From: an uncultured Gammaproteobacteria bacterium
GTDB lineage: Bacteria > Pseudomonadota > Gammaproteobacteria > CAWCPV01
Direction: 5' to 3'
Assembly (NCBI GenBank): GCA_963797555.1
Contig: CAWCPV010000003.1
Location: 800,001-864,000 of the forward strand
Length of the DNA stretch: 64,000 nucleotides
Shown: positions 50,895-63,500 of the stretch, piece after piece
Numbering within the stretch: the stretch's first letter is position 1
Layout of the letters: each line of letters begins with the position of its first letter
Position numbers and translations under genes: made by a program
The notes under the pieces: model-generated
Told to the model about the DNA's origin: nothing
What the model saw: only the letters and a program-made list of their open reading frames with translations
The model's database searches: none

Positions 50895-53204
50895 ATGAAC
50901 ACCCGGGATGATGTGGCCCGCCCCGCAGACGGTGAGGAGCTTCGTGCGATGCTTGTGACGTTGCGGCAGATCGTGACCGAAGTCGGCGCCGCGCCGACCC
51001 TGGACGATGCCCTGGCAATCATTGTCCGTCAGGTGAAGAACGCGGTGCGGGTGGATGCCTGCGCCGTGTATCTGGCGGATGAGGAGCAAGATGACTACGT
51101 CCTGGTGGCCGCTGATGGATTGAGCCCGGCATCGGTCGGCCGGGTCCGGGTCAGCCGGCGCGATGGCCTCCTGGGTCTTGTGGGGGAGCGCAAGGAGTTG
51201 ATAATCGTGACGGATGTCAGGGCCCACCCCGGCTACCGTCCGTTAACCGAGACCGGGGAAGAACGTTTCGGCAGCTTCCTCGGCATGCCGCTGATTCACT
51301 ACCACCGGGTGTTGGGTGTCCTGGTAGCCTGGAAACCGGCACACCACCCATACGCCAAGGAGGAGGTGAGCTTTTTTCTCAGCATCGCGGCGCAACTGGC
51401 CAAAGGCATCCACGAAGCCGCGGCTATGGACACGGTGGGCAGGCTGCTGCGGGGGGAGGCGCCGGGGGACGCTTTCGTCCAAGGCGTTCCCGCGGCCACT
51501 GGATTCGCTATCGGCAACGCGGTCTGGCTCGATCCGCACACCCGGCTGGAGTCGATACCGGACAGAGGGATCGGGGATGGCGCTGCCGAAGAGATGGCCT
51601 TCAGGGCCGCGGTGGCTGCCGCCCAGCAGGATCTGCGCTCCGGAGCCGAGCATCTGGCCGGGGGGCTGCCCGACGAGGTGCGGGCTTTGTTCGATGCCTA
51701 CGCCATGCTGCTCGGCAGTCACAGTCTGGTGTCGGACACCGTCGAACGGATCCGCGCCGGAAACTGGGCTCCCGGAGCGTGGCGGGAGACCATCGCCAGC
51801 CACGCGCGGGTCTTCGAGCAGATGGAGGACCCTTACCTGCGTGCACGCGCGGAAGATATCCGCGAGATCGGCCAACGTGTCCTGCTGCAGCTCCAGTCGG
51901 AAGTAGAGGCGTCCAGAGAGTACCCGCAGCGCTGCATCCTGGTGGGAGACGCCATCGGGGTGGCGGAAATCGCCGCAGCGCCCACGGGATGCCTCGCCGG
52001 CATTGTCAGCATGCGGGGCTCGCCCCTGTCCCACACCGCAGTGCTGGCACGCGCCCTGGGCATCCCCGCCGTCGTGAGCCTCGCGCCTTTGCCCAATGGC
52101 CGTTTGGAGGGCCGCGAAATGGCGGTCGATGGCCACCAGGGGCGCGTCTACATTCAGCCATCGCCCGCGCTCGTCCGAGCGTTCCAGCGACGCATCCGCG
52201 AAGAGAGCGCCCTTTCCGAGCGGCTCGGCTCGATCCGGGACCTGCCCGCCGAGACCCCCGACGGTGCGCGCATGCCCTTGTATGCCAATATCGGACTCGC
52301 CTCCGACAGCGCGGTGGCTGCGGCGAGCGGTGCCGAGGGCATTGGTCTGTACCGCACGGAATACGACTTTCTGTTGGGCGACGCCTTTCCGGTGGAGGAG
52401 GAGCAGTTCCAACGCTATCGCGGGGTGCTGGAATTCTTCGCTCCGCTGCCTGTCACGCTGCGCACCCTCGACATAGGCGGGGACAAGATCCTGTCCTATT
52501 TCCCTGCGGAGGAAGACAACCCGTTTCTCGGGTGTCGCGGCATACGCTTCTCGCTGGATCACCCGGAGATCTTCCTCATTCAGTTGCGGGCCATGCTCCG
52601 AGGCAACGCTGGCCTCGGCAACCTTCAGGTGCTGTTTCCCATGATAGGGAAAGTCGGTGAGATCGATGAGGCTCTGGGGCTGCTGGCCCGGGCGCATCGC
52701 GAGCTGGCGGAGGAGGGGCAGGACGCGGCGAGGCCGGGAGTGGGTGCGATGATCGAAGTGCCGGCTGCGGTCTTCCTGATCGGGCCGTTGGCCCAGCGGG
52801 TGGATTTTTTCTCGGTCGGGACCAACGATCTCACCCAGTACATGCTGGCGGTGGACCGGAACAATGCACTGGTGGTGACGCCCTACGACAGCCTGCACCC
52901 TGCCGTGCTCAACGCCATCCGCCAGGTCATCGAAACGGCGCACCTGCACGGCAAGCCGGTCAGCGTCTGTGGCGAAATGGCGGGCGACCCGGCGGGCGCT
53001 CTGCTGCTTCTGGGGATGGGGATCGATGCTCTCAGCATGAGCCCCGCGCTTCTCCCTCGCGTAAAACTGGCAATCCGCAGCTTCACCCGGCAACGGGCTC
53101 GCGTCCTCGCCGATACGGCACTCGGCATGGAGGATGGCTTCGCCGTCCATCGGCTGATGAATGGCGCGCTCGAAGAGACTGGGGGACACGGCGAGGCAAC
53201 ATGA
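50895..53204 (+). CDS. ptsP: PEP-protein phosphotransferase EI(Ntr) with GAF domain
   Basis: N-terminal GAF; SHTAVLAR phospho-His motif; GLYRTE, NPFLGCRGIR, SVGTNDL. Confidence 0.92.
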   Translation: MNTRDDVARPADGEELRAMLVTLRQIVTEVGAAPTLDDALAIIVRQVKNAVRVDACAVYLADEEQDDYVLVAADGLSPASVGRVRVSRRDGLLGLVGERKELIIVTDVRAHPGYRPLTETGEERFGSFLGMPLIHYHRVLGVLVAWKPAHHPYAKEEVSFFLSIAAQLAKGIHEAAAMDTVGRLLRGEAPGDAFVQGVPAATGFAIGNAVWLDPHTRLESIPDRGIGDGAAEEMAFRAAVAAAQQDLRSGAEHLAGGLPDEVRALFDAYAMLLGSHSLVSDTVERIRAGNWAPGAWRETIASHARVFEQMEDPYLRARAEDIREIGQRVLLQLQSEVEASREYPQRCILVGDAIGVAEIAAAPTGCLAGIVSMRGSPLSHTAVLARALGIPAVVSLAPLPNGRLEGREMAVDGHQGRVYIQPSPALVRAFQRRIREESALSERLGSIRDLPAETPDGARMPLYANIGLASDSAVAAASGAEGIGLYRTEYDFLLGDAFPVEEEQFQRYRGVLEFFAPLPVTLRTLDIGGDKILSYFPAEEDNPFLGCRGIRFSLDHPEIFLIQLRAMLRGNAGLGNLQVLFPMIGKVGEIDEALGLLARAHRELAEEGQDAARPGVGAMIEVPAAVFLIGPLAQRVDFFSVGTNDLTQYMLAVDRNNALVVTPYDSLHPAVLNAIRQVIETAHLHGKPVSVCGEMAGDPAGALLLLGMGIDALSMSPALLPRVKLAIRSFTRQRARVLADTALGMEDGFAVHRLMNGALEETGGHGEAT

Positions 53205-53224
53205 CCCCATCCGGTCCGTCAGAC

Positions 53225-54097
53225 CTACTTCACGATCTTGCTGATAGGCAGCTCCAAGATGTCCTCTGCCCCCGCCGTCTTGAGCTCGGGAATCAGAACG
53301 TTGACGTTCGCCTTGTCGGCGACTGTCGTGACCTCGTAGTCCTCGGAGCCGTAAAGCTTATTCACGGTCGGCTTCTTCATGGCGGGGAGCGCGGCGATGA
53401 CCTGCTCGAGCCGGTCGTGAGCGACGTTCATCATGAGCAACACCCGACCGCGCGCCTCGATCACGCCCAGCAGCAGCGTGCGTATCTCCTCCATCTCCCG
53501 GCGTTTCTCGGGGTCGGCCCAGGACCTCCGGTTCGCGAGCAGGCGCGTGGTGGACGTAAGGAGCGTCGCGACGATGCGCAGGCCGTTGCGGCGCAGCGTG
53601 GTGCCCGTCTCGGTGAGGTCCACCAAGGCGTCCATCATGTCCGGCACCTTCGCCTCGGTCGCACCGTGGGAGAAGTGCACCTCCACCGGCACGCCGAGGT
53701 CCTCGAAGTAACGCCGCGTGATGTTCGGAAATTCCGTGGAGACGCGGCTGCCCGGGCGGATATCGCCCGCGCTCTGAATCGGCGAATCGTCCGGCACGGC
53801 CAGCACCAGCTTGACCACGCCGGTGCCGGTTTTGGAGTATGGCAGCTCCGCAATCTCGATGACGTCCGCGCCGGACTCGGTGATCCAGTCGTGGCCTGAG
53901 ATCCCGAGGTCGAAGTAGCCGTCCTGCACGAAGCTGGGGATCTCCTGAGGCCGCAGGATCTTCACCTTGCCGATGCGCGGATCTGCGATCGTCGGGCTGT
54001 ATTCGCGGCTGGACCTCTTGACCTCGAGGTCGGCCTGAGAGAACAGGAGCAGCGTCTGCTCCTCCAGGGAGCCTTTCGGTAGGGCAATCGATAGCAT
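53225..54097 (-). CDS. hisG: ATP phosphoribosyltransferase, long form
   Basis: IALPKGSL, LRPQEIP, DLTETGTTL, C-terminal regulatory domain GAEDILELPI. Confidence 0.92.
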   Translation of the reverse strand: MLSIALPKGSLEEQTLLLFSQADLEVKRSSREYSPTIADPRIGKVKILRPQEIPSFVQDGYFDLGISGHDWITESGADVIEIAELPYSKTGTGVVKLVLAVPDDSPIQSAGDIRPGSRVSTEFPNITRRYFEDLGVPVEVHFSHGATEAKVPDMMDALVDLTETGTTLRRNGLRIVATLLTSTTRLLANRRSWADPEKRREMEEIRTLLLGVIEARGRVLLMMNVAHDRLEQVIAALPAMKKPTVNKLYGSEDYEVTTVADKANVNVLIPELKTAGAEDILELPISKIVK

Positions 54098-54395
54098 CTT
54101 CTGATCCTCTAACGGGCGCTGTACGGGGCGCAACCTCAGTCTCGTGAGCGCCGACGACGGTACGAAAACATGGTTCATCCGGCAAATGGATCGTTCACCG
54201 GGGAGTGGGTTGAGGTTGAGGAGTCGTCGCCAGGGTGTGGATCCTCTGTCTGGGTTGGAGTCTGGACGGAGGAGGCACCGCCGAGGCCTTCCTCGAGCAG
54301 TGGACCACCCAGGCCAAGGATTGTGCCAGCCGTCCCTTCCGGCGCCTGGCCATGGGGACGGGCGCACTGGGTCGCTCCCAGTATCGCAGACGGAA

Positions 54396-55247
54396 TCAAG
54401 CCGCCGTTGCCCTGCGCTCCGCAGCCTCCACCGTTTGGGCGATCAGCGTCGCTATCGTCATCGGGCCGACCCCTCCAGGCACCGGCGTGTAGGCTGAGCA
54501 CTTGTCCACGACCGCCGAGAGATCGATATCGCCCACTCCCCCGGGATGGTACCCGGCGTCGATGACGACCGCTCCTTCCTTGATCCAGGCACCCTTGATG
54601 AACTGCGGCTTGCCGACGGCTCCCACGACCACGTCGGCTCGACCGATCAATCCCGCCAAATCCCGAGTCTTCGAGTGGCAGATCGTGACCGTCGCATTCG
54701 CGTTCAACAGCATCATCGCCATGGGCTTGCCCAGGATCGGGCTTCGTCCGACAACGACCGCGTGCCTTCCCGCCACGGAGATGCCGTAGTGAGCCACCAG
54801 GCGCATGATGCCGGCCGGCGTCGCCGCCCCATAGGCCGGCTCCATCATGGCCATGCGGCCGAATCCATGCGAGGTGACCCCATCCACGTCCTTATCCAGG
54901 CTGATGCGGTCGAAGCAGCGCCGCTCCTCGATATGCGAAGGGACCGGGTGCTGGAGCAGAATCCCGTGGACCTCAGGGTCCGCGTTGAGCCTGTCTATCT
55001 CTCTCAGCAACTCCTCGGTAGTGGTGGTCTCCGGCAGGAGTACCTTCGCGGACCGCATCCCCACTCGCTCGCACGCGCTGCCTTTCATGCGAACATAGGT
55101 TGCCGAGGCGGGATCTTCGCCCACGAGGATGGTTGCCAAGACGGGGGCCCGACCGCCGGATCTATCCTTGAGAGCCCGAACACGCTGCGCGAGATCTTGC
55201 TCCATCCGTCTCGCCAAGCTTTTTCCGTCGAGAGCCAATCCGCCCAT
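54396..55247 (-). CDS. folD: Methylenetetrahydrofolate dehydrogenase/cyclohydrolase
   Basis: [38 protein letters not shown]. Confidence 0.95.
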   Translation of the reverse strand: MGGLALDGKSLARRMEQDLAQRVRALKDRSGGRAPVLATILVGEDPASATYVRMKGSACERVGMRSAKVLLPETTTTEELLREIDRLNADPEVHGILLQHPVPSHIEERRCFDRISLDKDVDGVTSHGFGRMAMMEPAYGAATPAGIMRLVAHYGISVAGRHAVVVGRSPILGKPMAMMLLNANATVTICHSKTRDLAGLIGRADVVVGAVGKPQFIKGAWIKEGAVVIDAGYHPGGVGDIDLSAVVDKCSAYTPVPGGVGPMTIATLIAQTVEAAERRATAA

Positions 55248-55429
55248 CGAATCTCCTCGTCTCGGCGCCGAATCTAGCGAACGCACATCCCGGGGCCCAA
55301 TCGTTGACCAGCGCCCGGCTCCGGCCCGCCCGACACATTTTGGCACGCACCTCGCCGCCTCGTCCCCTTTCGCCGCGCATGATGAGGGTGGGAACTGGGA
55401 GAGGTCAATGCGCTCGGGGTGTCCAGAGG

Positions 55430-55530
55430 CGTTGCAACGACCCGGCTCTCGGCGAGCGGGCAATTGGCCGCCACGGGAAGAGGCCCTCGCCAACATTCAA
55501 GATGCCATTCAAACCGTATTCGGAACCGCT
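55430..55530 (+). pseudogene. Possible HicB antitoxin remnant
   Basis: [12 protein letters not shown] motif only. Confidence 0.35.
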
Positions 55531-55910
55531 CGACAACGATGTGGGCCCAGGAATCCGTGTTTGGTAGCCGCCCTTCAACCTCCACCGCCCATTTCGTCGC
55601 ATCGCCGCCCGCCGTAACAAACCCACGTGTCATTTGCACGGCTTCGTCGCTTGGCCAGGCGCATCGCTCTCGCTGGCACGAATGTGCACACAGCGCGGTG
55701 CGATCTCCCCCGGACTGGCCTGACGGACTCGTGGACCGACCGGCGAAACGTCGCATCGGTGCGGCCTCCTCTACCACCTTCCCGCACGGGCGAAAACGCG
55801 CCCCAAGGGTTCTCTGGTCCGCCGACTGTGGCTCGAACTGGTTTTGCAGTCAATGGACAAGCCGACAGTTGGGGGACCGGGCCAGTCCAGATGGATTGGA
55901 ACGGTCCGCC

Positions 55911-56621
55911 CTACAGAACCTGAAGCGCGAGGTGGCGCATGAGCAGCAGCGACAGGGTGTTTAGGCCGGCGTGGGCGAGGATGGCTGGCCACAGCGTGCC
56001 CCAGCGCACCGTGAACGCGGCCAGGATGACTCCGATGAGCGCCGTCTGGGCCACACCAATCCACCCCTGGTACACGTGGCCCAGACCGAACAGCAGCGCC
56101 GAGAGCAACACCGGCGTCCAGGTGCCTCGCAAGGCCGCCCGGCAGCGGGTGAGCAGGAAACCGCGCGCCGCCAGCTCCTCATACACGCCTACGAAGAACA
56201 TCATGGCCGTGACGCCGGGGAACGGCACCCCTTGGCCCAACTGACGCGCGATGTGCTCGAGGAGCTGGAGATGCTCGTCGACCTCTCCGGGGTGCAAGGC
56301 GAAGACTGCCCCCGTGAGTACGAGGTTCGCAGCAAAACAGGTGGCCATGGCCAGCAGCGCCAACGCCAAGTCCTTGGAGCGCAACCCGCGCAGACCCACG
56401 TCGCTCCAGCGCTCGCCCCGCAGAGCTAGCAGGAGACGCAGGCCGGTGAGGATGACCGCGCCCTGGAGCAAGATGAGCAACGGGAACCGCAGGTCGCGAG
56501 CGAAGAACTGCACGAACACACCGAGGACCACAGCAGCGACACCCACCAAGGCCACGGCGAGCACGACGTTTAGCCAAGCCTGCGCTCTGGAGAGTCCCGA
56601 TGCCCCCGGCATGGCGGCCAT
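55911..56621 (-). CDS. CPBP (CAAX/Abi) intramembrane metalloprotease
   Basis: YEELAARGFLL, LFGLGHVYQG, ILAHAGLN. Confidence 0.88.
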   Translation of the reverse strand: MAAMPGASGLSRAQAWLNVVLAVALVGVAAVVLGVFVQFFARDLRFPLLILLQGAVILTGLRLLLALRGERWSDVGLRGLRSKDLALALLAMATCFAANLVLTGAVFALHPGEVDEHLQLLEHIARQLGQGVPFPGVTAMMFFVGVYEELAARGFLLTRCRAALRGTWTPVLLSALLFGLGHVYQGWIGVAQTALIGVILAAFTVRWGTLWPAILAHAGLNTLSLLLMRHLALQVL

Positions 56622-56733
56622 GGTACACGACGCGACGGCCGCGACACACGCCCTGCCTTGCCTTCTCCTTCACCGCTCGGCAGGGTAGAATTCGGTGCTT
56701 AGCCGCCCCGGCTTCCCTGTACGGTCTCCTTCC

Positions 56734-58566
56734 TTGAAGTCACATCTCCAGCAGCTTCTGCGCGCCAGCATCCAGCAACTCAGGCACGCGGGAGCCCTGC
56801 CTGCCGACTTGGAGGTCACCGCGCAGGTACAACGCACCCGCGACCCGAAGCACGGCGACTTCGCGAGCAACGTGGCGATGGTCCTATCCGCTCCCGCGCG
56901 TCGTCCGCCCCGGGCAGTCGCCGAGCTGATCCTCGGGAATCTCCCCGCCTCACCGAGAGTCGCGCGCGCGGAGATCGCGGGCCCGGGTTTCATCAACTTT
57001 CATCTCGCCGCAGCCGCATTCCAGGAGTCGGTGGCAGAGGTGCTGGAGGCCAGAGACCGTTACGGTCGGAGCCGCCTGGGTCAGGGCCAGCGGGTATGCT
57101 TGGAGTTCGTGTCGGCCAACCCCACCGGGCCCCTGCACGTGGGGCACGGGCGAGGTGCCGCATACGGGGCCGCCCTGGCTGCGCTCTTGGAGGCAGCAGG
57201 CTTCACCGTGCACCGCGAGTACTACGTCAACGATGCCGGGCGCCAGATGGACATCCTGGCAGTGAGCGTGTGGCTGCGCTATCTGGAGCTTTGCGGGGAG
57301 ACACTGCCGTTCCCCGCCAACGGCTACCGCGGCGACTACGTCTACGACATCGCAGCCGGCCTGCACCGCGAGTTCGGCGGCTACCTGCAACGCTCAGCCG
57401 AGGACGTGCTCCAGAGGCTACCGTCCGACGCCGACGTCGGCGGCGACAAGGAGAAGTATATCGACGCCCTGATCGAACGAGCGAAGCGGCTGCTGGGCTG
57501 GGGGGTTCGCGCCACGGGCGACATGTCGGACGACCAACTGGCCGCCGCGACGGCGAGGCGGCTGCTGGACGAATCGGGTTACACCACGGTCTTCGACCGC
57601 GGGCTGGAGGTCATCCTCGACGACATCCGCCGCGACCTCGAGCAGTTCGGCGTGCAGTACGACCGGTGGTTCTCGGAGCACACCCTGGCTCGGAGCGAGG
57701 CCGTGCAGCGCGTCATCGGCCGGCTGCGGGACACCGCGTATGTGTACGAGCACGAGGGCGCCCTGTGGTTCAACGCCAGCGCCTTCGGGGACGAGAAGGA
57801 TCGGGTGCTGGTGCGTGAGAACGGCCAGCTCACCTACTTCGCCACCGACATCGCCTACCACGTTGACAAATGCGAGCGTGGCTTCGACCGCCTGATCAAC
57901 GTCTGGGGGGCGGACCATCACGGCTACATTGCGCGCCTGAAGGCGGCGCTCCAGGCGCTGGGGAAGGACCCCGAGACCCTGACCGTGCTGCTGGTGCAGT
58001 TCGCTATCCTGTATCGCGGCACCCAGCGCATGCAGATGTCCACTCGCAGGGGCGAGTTCATCACCCTGCGCGAGCTGCGCCAAGAGGTCGGCAAAGATGC
58101 GGCGCGCTTCTTCTACGTGATGCGCAAGAGCGACCAGCACCTGGACTTCGACTTGGACCTCGCCAAGTCCCAGAGCGCGGACAACCCCGTCTACTACATC
58201 CAGTATGCCCATGCACGCATCGCGGCCGTGCTCCGCCAGTTGCGCGAGCGCGGCCTGCGCTGGGACGGCGCAGACGCTCGGGCGCACCTCGCTCTCTTGG
58301 TAGAGCCCCACGAGCAGGCGCTGCTTCGCACCTTGTCGCGCTACCCCGAGGTCATCGAGGCGGCGGCGGCCAGCTACGAGCCGCATCAGATCGCACATTA
58401 TCTGCGGGAGCTCGCCAACGACTTCCACGCGTATTACAACGCCCACACCTTCATCGTGGAGAACGCCGCCTTGCGGGCGGCCCGCGTCGGCCTGGCGGTC
58501 GCCACCGGTCAGGTCATCAGGAACGGACTCGCTCTCTTGGGAGTGGCGGCACCGGAGAGCATGTGA
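56734..58566 (+). CDS. argS: Arginyl-tRNA synthetase
   Basis: [46 protein letters not shown]. Confidence 0.97.
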   Translation: MKSHLQQLLRASIQQLRHAGALPADLEVTAQVQRTRDPKHGDFASNVAMVLSAPARRPPRAVAELILGNLPASPRVARAEIAGPGFINFHLAAAAFQESVAEVLEARDRYGRSRLGQGQRVCLEFVSANPTGPLHVGHGRGAAYGAALAALLEAAGFTVHREYYVNDAGRQMDILAVSVWLRYLELCGETLPFPANGYRGDYVYDIAAGLHREFGGYLQRSAEDVLQRLPSDADVGGDKEKYIDALIERAKRLLGWGVRATGDMSDDQLAAATARRLLDESGYTTVFDRGLEVILDDIRRDLEQFGVQYDRWFSEHTLARSEAVQRVIGRLRDTAYVYEHEGALWFNASAFGDEKDRVLVRENGQLTYFATDIAYHVDKCERGFDRLINVWGADHHGYIARLKAALQALGKDPETLTVLLVQFAILYRGTQRMQMSTRRGEFITLRELRQEVGKDAARFFYVMRKSDQHLDFDLDLAKSQSADNPVYYIQYAHARIAAVLRQLRERGLRWDGADARAHLALLVEPHEQALLRTLSRYPEVIEAAAASYEPHQIAHYLRELANDFHAYYNAHTFIVENAALRAARVGLAVATGQVIRNGLALLGVAAPESM

Positions 58567-59174
58567 AGACGGCCCGGGACTACAAGCACGTCGCTGCGCC
58601 ACGTCCCGCAAGGGCCACCCGCTTAGGCGGCGGGCGTCCCACAGCCCGCAAGAAACGGGGCTGGCTCTGGCTGCTCGGTGTCATCGCCGTGGGTGTCGCG
58701 GCCATCCCCGTCTACCACCGGCTGACGCACCCTGAACATGCTGCACGCCACGCAGCCAAGGAGCCCAACGCGTCCGCGCCCTCCAAGAAACCCGAGGACG
58801 CCTCCGCTCGACCGCGCTACCAGTTCTATGAACTTCTGCCGAAAATGGAAGTGGTGGTACCGGAATCCGAGCTACAGCGCCCGTCCGCCAGGGCCTCACC
58901 ACCGGCGACGAAGCCCCGCGCAGCGCAGGAGGGGCAGGCCCGCTATCTGTTGCAGGCCGGCTCTTTCACGAGCTACGCCCAAGCCGATCGTGTCAAGGCA
59001 CAGCTCGCCCTGATCGGGGTCGAAGCCACTATCCAGTCGGTCGCGGCCGGCGCCGCCGAGCACATGTACCGGGTTCGTATCGGGCCGTTCCATGATCTCG
59101 ACCGCGTCAGGGACGTGCGCACCCGGCTCAAACACCATGCCATAGAGGCGATCGTGCTCAAGGTGTCCGGGTGA
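58563..59174 (+). CDS. SPOR-domain cell division protein (FtsN-like)
   Basis: RDYK N-terminus, one TM helix, [14 protein letters not shown]...RVRIGPF; follows argS. Confidence 0.85.
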   Translation: MKTARDYKHVAAPRPARATRLGGGRPTARKKRGWLWLLGVIAVGVAAIPVYHRLTHPEHAARHAAKEPNASAPSKKPEDASARPRYQFYELLPKMEVVVPESELQRPSARASPPATKPRAAQEGQARYLLQAGSFTSYAQADRVKAQLALIGVEATIQSVAAGAAEHMYRVRIGPFHDLDRVRDVRTRLKHHAIEAIVLKVSG

Positions 59175-59218
59175 CGAGCGGCGGCCGGACCGCTGCCCCC
59201 AGCAGTGACGGGGCGACC

Positions 59219-60303
59219 ATGGTGTACCAGACCGACGACCTTCGCATCCGTGAGATCAAGGACGTGCTCCCTCCGGCCGAGGTGCACGCGGAGATCCCCA
59301 TCACCGAGGCTGCGGCGCGCACGGTTTACGACACCCGGCAAGCTATCCACCACATCCTCGCGGGGGACGACGATCGCCTGCTGGTGGTGGTCGGCCCTTG
59401 CTCCATCCACGACCCGGACGCTGCACGCGACTACGCGCAGCGCCTGAAGGGTGTGCGCGAGGCGCTCGAGGACGATCTCGTGGTAGTGATGCGCGTGTAT
59501 TTCGAGAAACCCCGCACCAGCGTCGGCTGGAAAGGCTTCATCAACGACCCGGACCTGGATGGCAGCTTCCAGATCAACAAGGGGCTCCGGCTCGCGCGCA
59601 GCCTGCTCCGCTATGTGAACGAGATCGGCATTCCCGCGGCCACCGAATACCTGGATCTGGTCACCCCCCAGTACGTGGCGGACCTTATCAGTTGGGGGGC
59701 TATCGGTGCAGGACCACGGAGAGTCAAGTGCACCGTGAGCTGGCCTCAGGCCTGTCCTGTCCCGTTGGCTTCAAGAACAGCACCGATGGAAGCTTCCGGG
59801 TCGCCATCGATGCGGTGCGTGCGGCCAGGCAGCCGCACCATTTCCTCTCTCTCACCAAGGCTGGGCACTCGGCCATCTTCTCCACCAGCGGCAACGAGGA
59901 TTGCCACATCATCCTGCGCGGCGGCCGCGAGCCCAACTACGACGCCGCCAGCGTAGGCCGGGCGGCGCGCGAGCTGGAGGGGGCCGGACGGGCGCCCCGC
60001 GTCATGATCGACTGCAGCCACGCCAACAGCCGCAAGCGCCCTGAAGGACAGATCGAGGTGGCCGCGGCAGTGAGCCGGCAGATCGCCGCGGGGGACCGGC
60101 GCGTTATCGGTGCCATGATCGAGAGCCATCTCAAGGCGGGCCGCCAGGACGTGCTGCCGGGCAAGCCGCTGGTTTACGGCCAGAGCATCACCGATGCCTG
60201 TCTCGGCTGGGAGGAGAGCGTGCCTCTGGTGAGGCAGCTAGCCGGCGCGGTGCGTCAGCGGCGCCGGGCAGCGAAGACGCCGATCGGGCCCTCGGGCTCG
60301 TAA
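59219..60303 (+). CDS. aroG: Class I DAHP synthase, frameshift near 59712
   Basis: VGPCSIHD, RVYFEKPRT, GAIGA/RTTESQVHRELASG, DCSHANS, YGQSITDAC. Confidence 0.9.
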
Positions 60304-60438
60304 GTGCTGGCGACGAAACAGACGGGGGCGCGCCGCGCCTTTCGCCCCAGGATGCACCGCGTTCCACGCGGGCCCGGGCCAGCCCTGATTCGCGTTGGTA
60401 GAGAGCCTCGCGGCCCCATGCCGCGTCTGCCCGTCGCG

Positions 60439-60530
60439 GTCCGCAGAACGCCCCAACGGAGTGGCGTACGGGAGGTACGCCATGACCGCCGCGCACGGGC
60501 CGCTATCGGGACGTGCAGCAGATTTTATTC
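60439..60530. repeat. Partial copy of the 34608-34825 MITE-like element
   Basis: Shares ACGCCCCA..TGGCGTACGGGAGGTACGCCATGA..GCCGCTATCGGGACG.GCAGCAGATTT. Confidence 0.75.
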
Positions 60531-60560
60531 GCAAGCCCGCAGAGACGAAACACTGAATCA

Positions 60561-63500
60561 TCAGATCGGATCGTCCTTCTTACCTCCGGCGTGCGGCGTC
60601 CCTCTGATCGCCTTGATGCGGATGCCGCGCCGCCGGGGACCACGCTGGATGCCGGTGCGTCGTAAGGCGTCGGCGGCCGCGGCGGGCTGCTCCGGCTCCG
60701 CGGGCGCTGGCGCGGGGCTTCCCGTGGAACCCCCTTCTTGGTGGACAGCCTGGACTGCCAGGGGTTGCTGGGCCTCGCTGGCCGCGGCCGAGGGCTGCTG
60801 CGAAGCTTCGGGGACCTCGGGAGCAGCCGGCGCCGGCCGCTCTCCGACCGACGCTCGATGGCCCGAACGACCAAGCGCCAGAGGGCGGCGAGGAGCCGCG
60901 ACAGCATCCTCGAAAGCCTGATCACGAGGCCCAGCAAGACCCCGAGCATCAACTGCGCGCCGATCAAAGAACTCTCGGCGCAGGGCCACCAGCCGCCGCT
61001 TCTCCTCGGGCGCGGGGGCCGCTTGCGGGGCCGCGGCTGGGGCCGGCGCGGGTGGGGCGGCTTCAGCGGCAGGCAGGAAGGCGCGGCGCGCGCTGATGCA
61101 CCCGAGGGGAATTACGACCAGGGTCAGCAGGGTGGAGATCACCATGCCGAACATGATGGAGGCAGCCATGCCCTGGAAGATCGGGTCGGTGAGCATCACG
61201 CTCGACCCGAGCGCCGTAGTCGCCGCGGTAATGATGATGGGCCGAGTGCGAATCTCGGCGGCCCTGATGACCGCTGTCTCCACGTCCATGCCCTGCTCTT
61301 GCACCGCCACCTTGGCGAAATCCACCAACAGTATGGAGTTGCGTACGATGATGCCGGCCAGCGCGATGAAACCGATCATCGAGGTGGCGGTGAACTCGGC
61401 CCCGACGAGCCAGTGGCCCGGGATGATGCCGAGCATCGTGAGCGGGATGGGGACCATGATGATGGCGGGCAGCAGGAAGCTGCTGAACTCGCCGACGATG
61501 ATCATGTAGATGAAGAACAGGGCGACGCAGAAGGCGATCCCCAGCCCGGTAAAGGTCTCCACAGTCACGGTCCACTCCCCGGCCCAACTGAATGCCGACT
61601 GCCTGGAAGTCTCGGGGGCGCCGAAGTAGTGGCCGGAAGGCTTGACCCCGTCCGGGGCCACGTAGTCTTTGAGCTTGTCCGCCACACCGAACATGCCGTA
61701 TATCGGCGCCCCGAGGCGTCCTTGGACGTCGCCCACCACATACTCCACCGGGCGCAGGTCCTTATGGTAGATGATGGGGTCGATGGGCTCGCGCACGAAG
61801 CGGCCGAGCTCCGCCAGCGGTACGGTGCGCGACACCATGGCCTGGGAGATGACGGGAGCCTCCGCCACGGTGGGGATCGGCAGGTCCACGAGCCGGCCGA
61901 TCTGGGAGCGTTCCGCCAGCGGCACCTGAACCACGACGAAGATCGGCTCCAGGGGCTCGCCCTGTTTCACGTCGCCGAGCTTGTAGCCCCCCATTGCCAT
62001 CTCCACCGCGCGGTTGATGGTATCGGTGGAGATGCCGCGTCGCACCGCCTTCTCCGTGTCGACCTTGAAGTGCAGCACGTCGAAGGTGTCCAGCATGTAA
62101 TTGTCGGCATCCGCGATGTAAGGCACCTCCCGGAAGAACCCTGTCATGTCGCGGGCGACCTGGCGGCGTACCTCCGCGCTCGGACCGTACACCTCCGCGA
62201 CGACCGACTGCAGCACGGGCGGCCCGGGGGGCATCTCCACCACGCTGATGTTGCGCACCCCGAGCTGGCGCGCGACCGGCCACAATATCCTCCGGGCGTC
62301 CACCGCAATCTTGTGGTTTGACCGCTTGCGCTCGTGCTTGTCCAGGAGCTGCACCTCGATGTTGCCCTCCCATGGCTCCTCCCTCAGGTAATAGTGGCGG
62401 ACCATACCGTTGAAATCGAAGGGCGAGGCCGTGCCCACGTAGGTCTGCATCGCCGTGATCTCCGGGATCTTGGCGTACAGCGTCTCGGTCAGCACGCGGA
62501 CTACATTTGCGGTCACCGCCAGCGGCGTCCCGGAGGGCATATCGACCACCACGTTGAACACCGCCTTGTTGTCCAGCGGAAGAATCTTCACCACCACGGC
62601 CTGGGTGTAGAACATGGCGACCGCCAGGAACCAGCAGACGATGAGAGTGATGAGGAACGCCCAGCCGAGGGGGCGGCGGTGGATGAGGGGCTGCAGGATG
62701 CCGCTGTACAGGCGCTTCATGCGGGCGTGGAACCGCTTCTCCTTCACCTCCATGTCGGCCAGTTTGTGCAGCGGGGGGCTGAAGCGGGCCGCCACCCAGG
62801 GTGTGAAAACGAAGGCGGCGATCAGCGAGAAGGTCATAGCGGCGGAGCCCAGGATGGGAATCGGCCGCATGTAGGGGCCCATCATCCCGGGGACGAACGC
62901 CATGGGGATGAGGGCCGCTACGATGGTGAAGGTGGCCACGATGGTGGGGTTGCCGACTTCGCGCACCGCGTCCACCGCGGTGGCCGTGTCGGAGGTCCCG
63001 CCGGCGAGCCAGCGCCGGTAAGTGTTCTCCACCACGACGGTGGCGTCGTCCACCAGGATGCCGATCGAGAACACCAGCGCGAACAGGCTCACCCGGTTGA
63101 TGGTGAAGCCGAGGAACATGGCCGAGAAGACGGTGACCAGGATCACCACGGGGATGACGATGCAGACCACCATGGCCGGGCGGAACCCCATGGTCAACAG
63201 CATGATGATCGTCACCCCGAAGGTCGCCAGGTAGATGTCGCCGAGCAGCTCGTTGACCTTGTCGTTGGCGGTCTTGCCGTAGTTGCGGGTGACCGTCACC
63301 CGCACGTTGTCGGGGATCAACGAGCCCTTCAGCGAGTCCACCATCGCCAGGATGTCCCGGGCGACGGTGACGCCGTTGGTACCCTTCTTCTTGGCGATGG
63401 CCAGCGTGACGGCCGAAGCACCGTCCGCGCGCGGGGCATCCTTTCCGGCCGGACCCGTGTAATAGTTGACTAGGCGCGTGGTCTCCTCCGGCCCCTGGTA

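Noticed and set aside
54098-54395. Histidine attenuator leader before hisG
   Set aside because: No His-codon run or terminator with a U-tract
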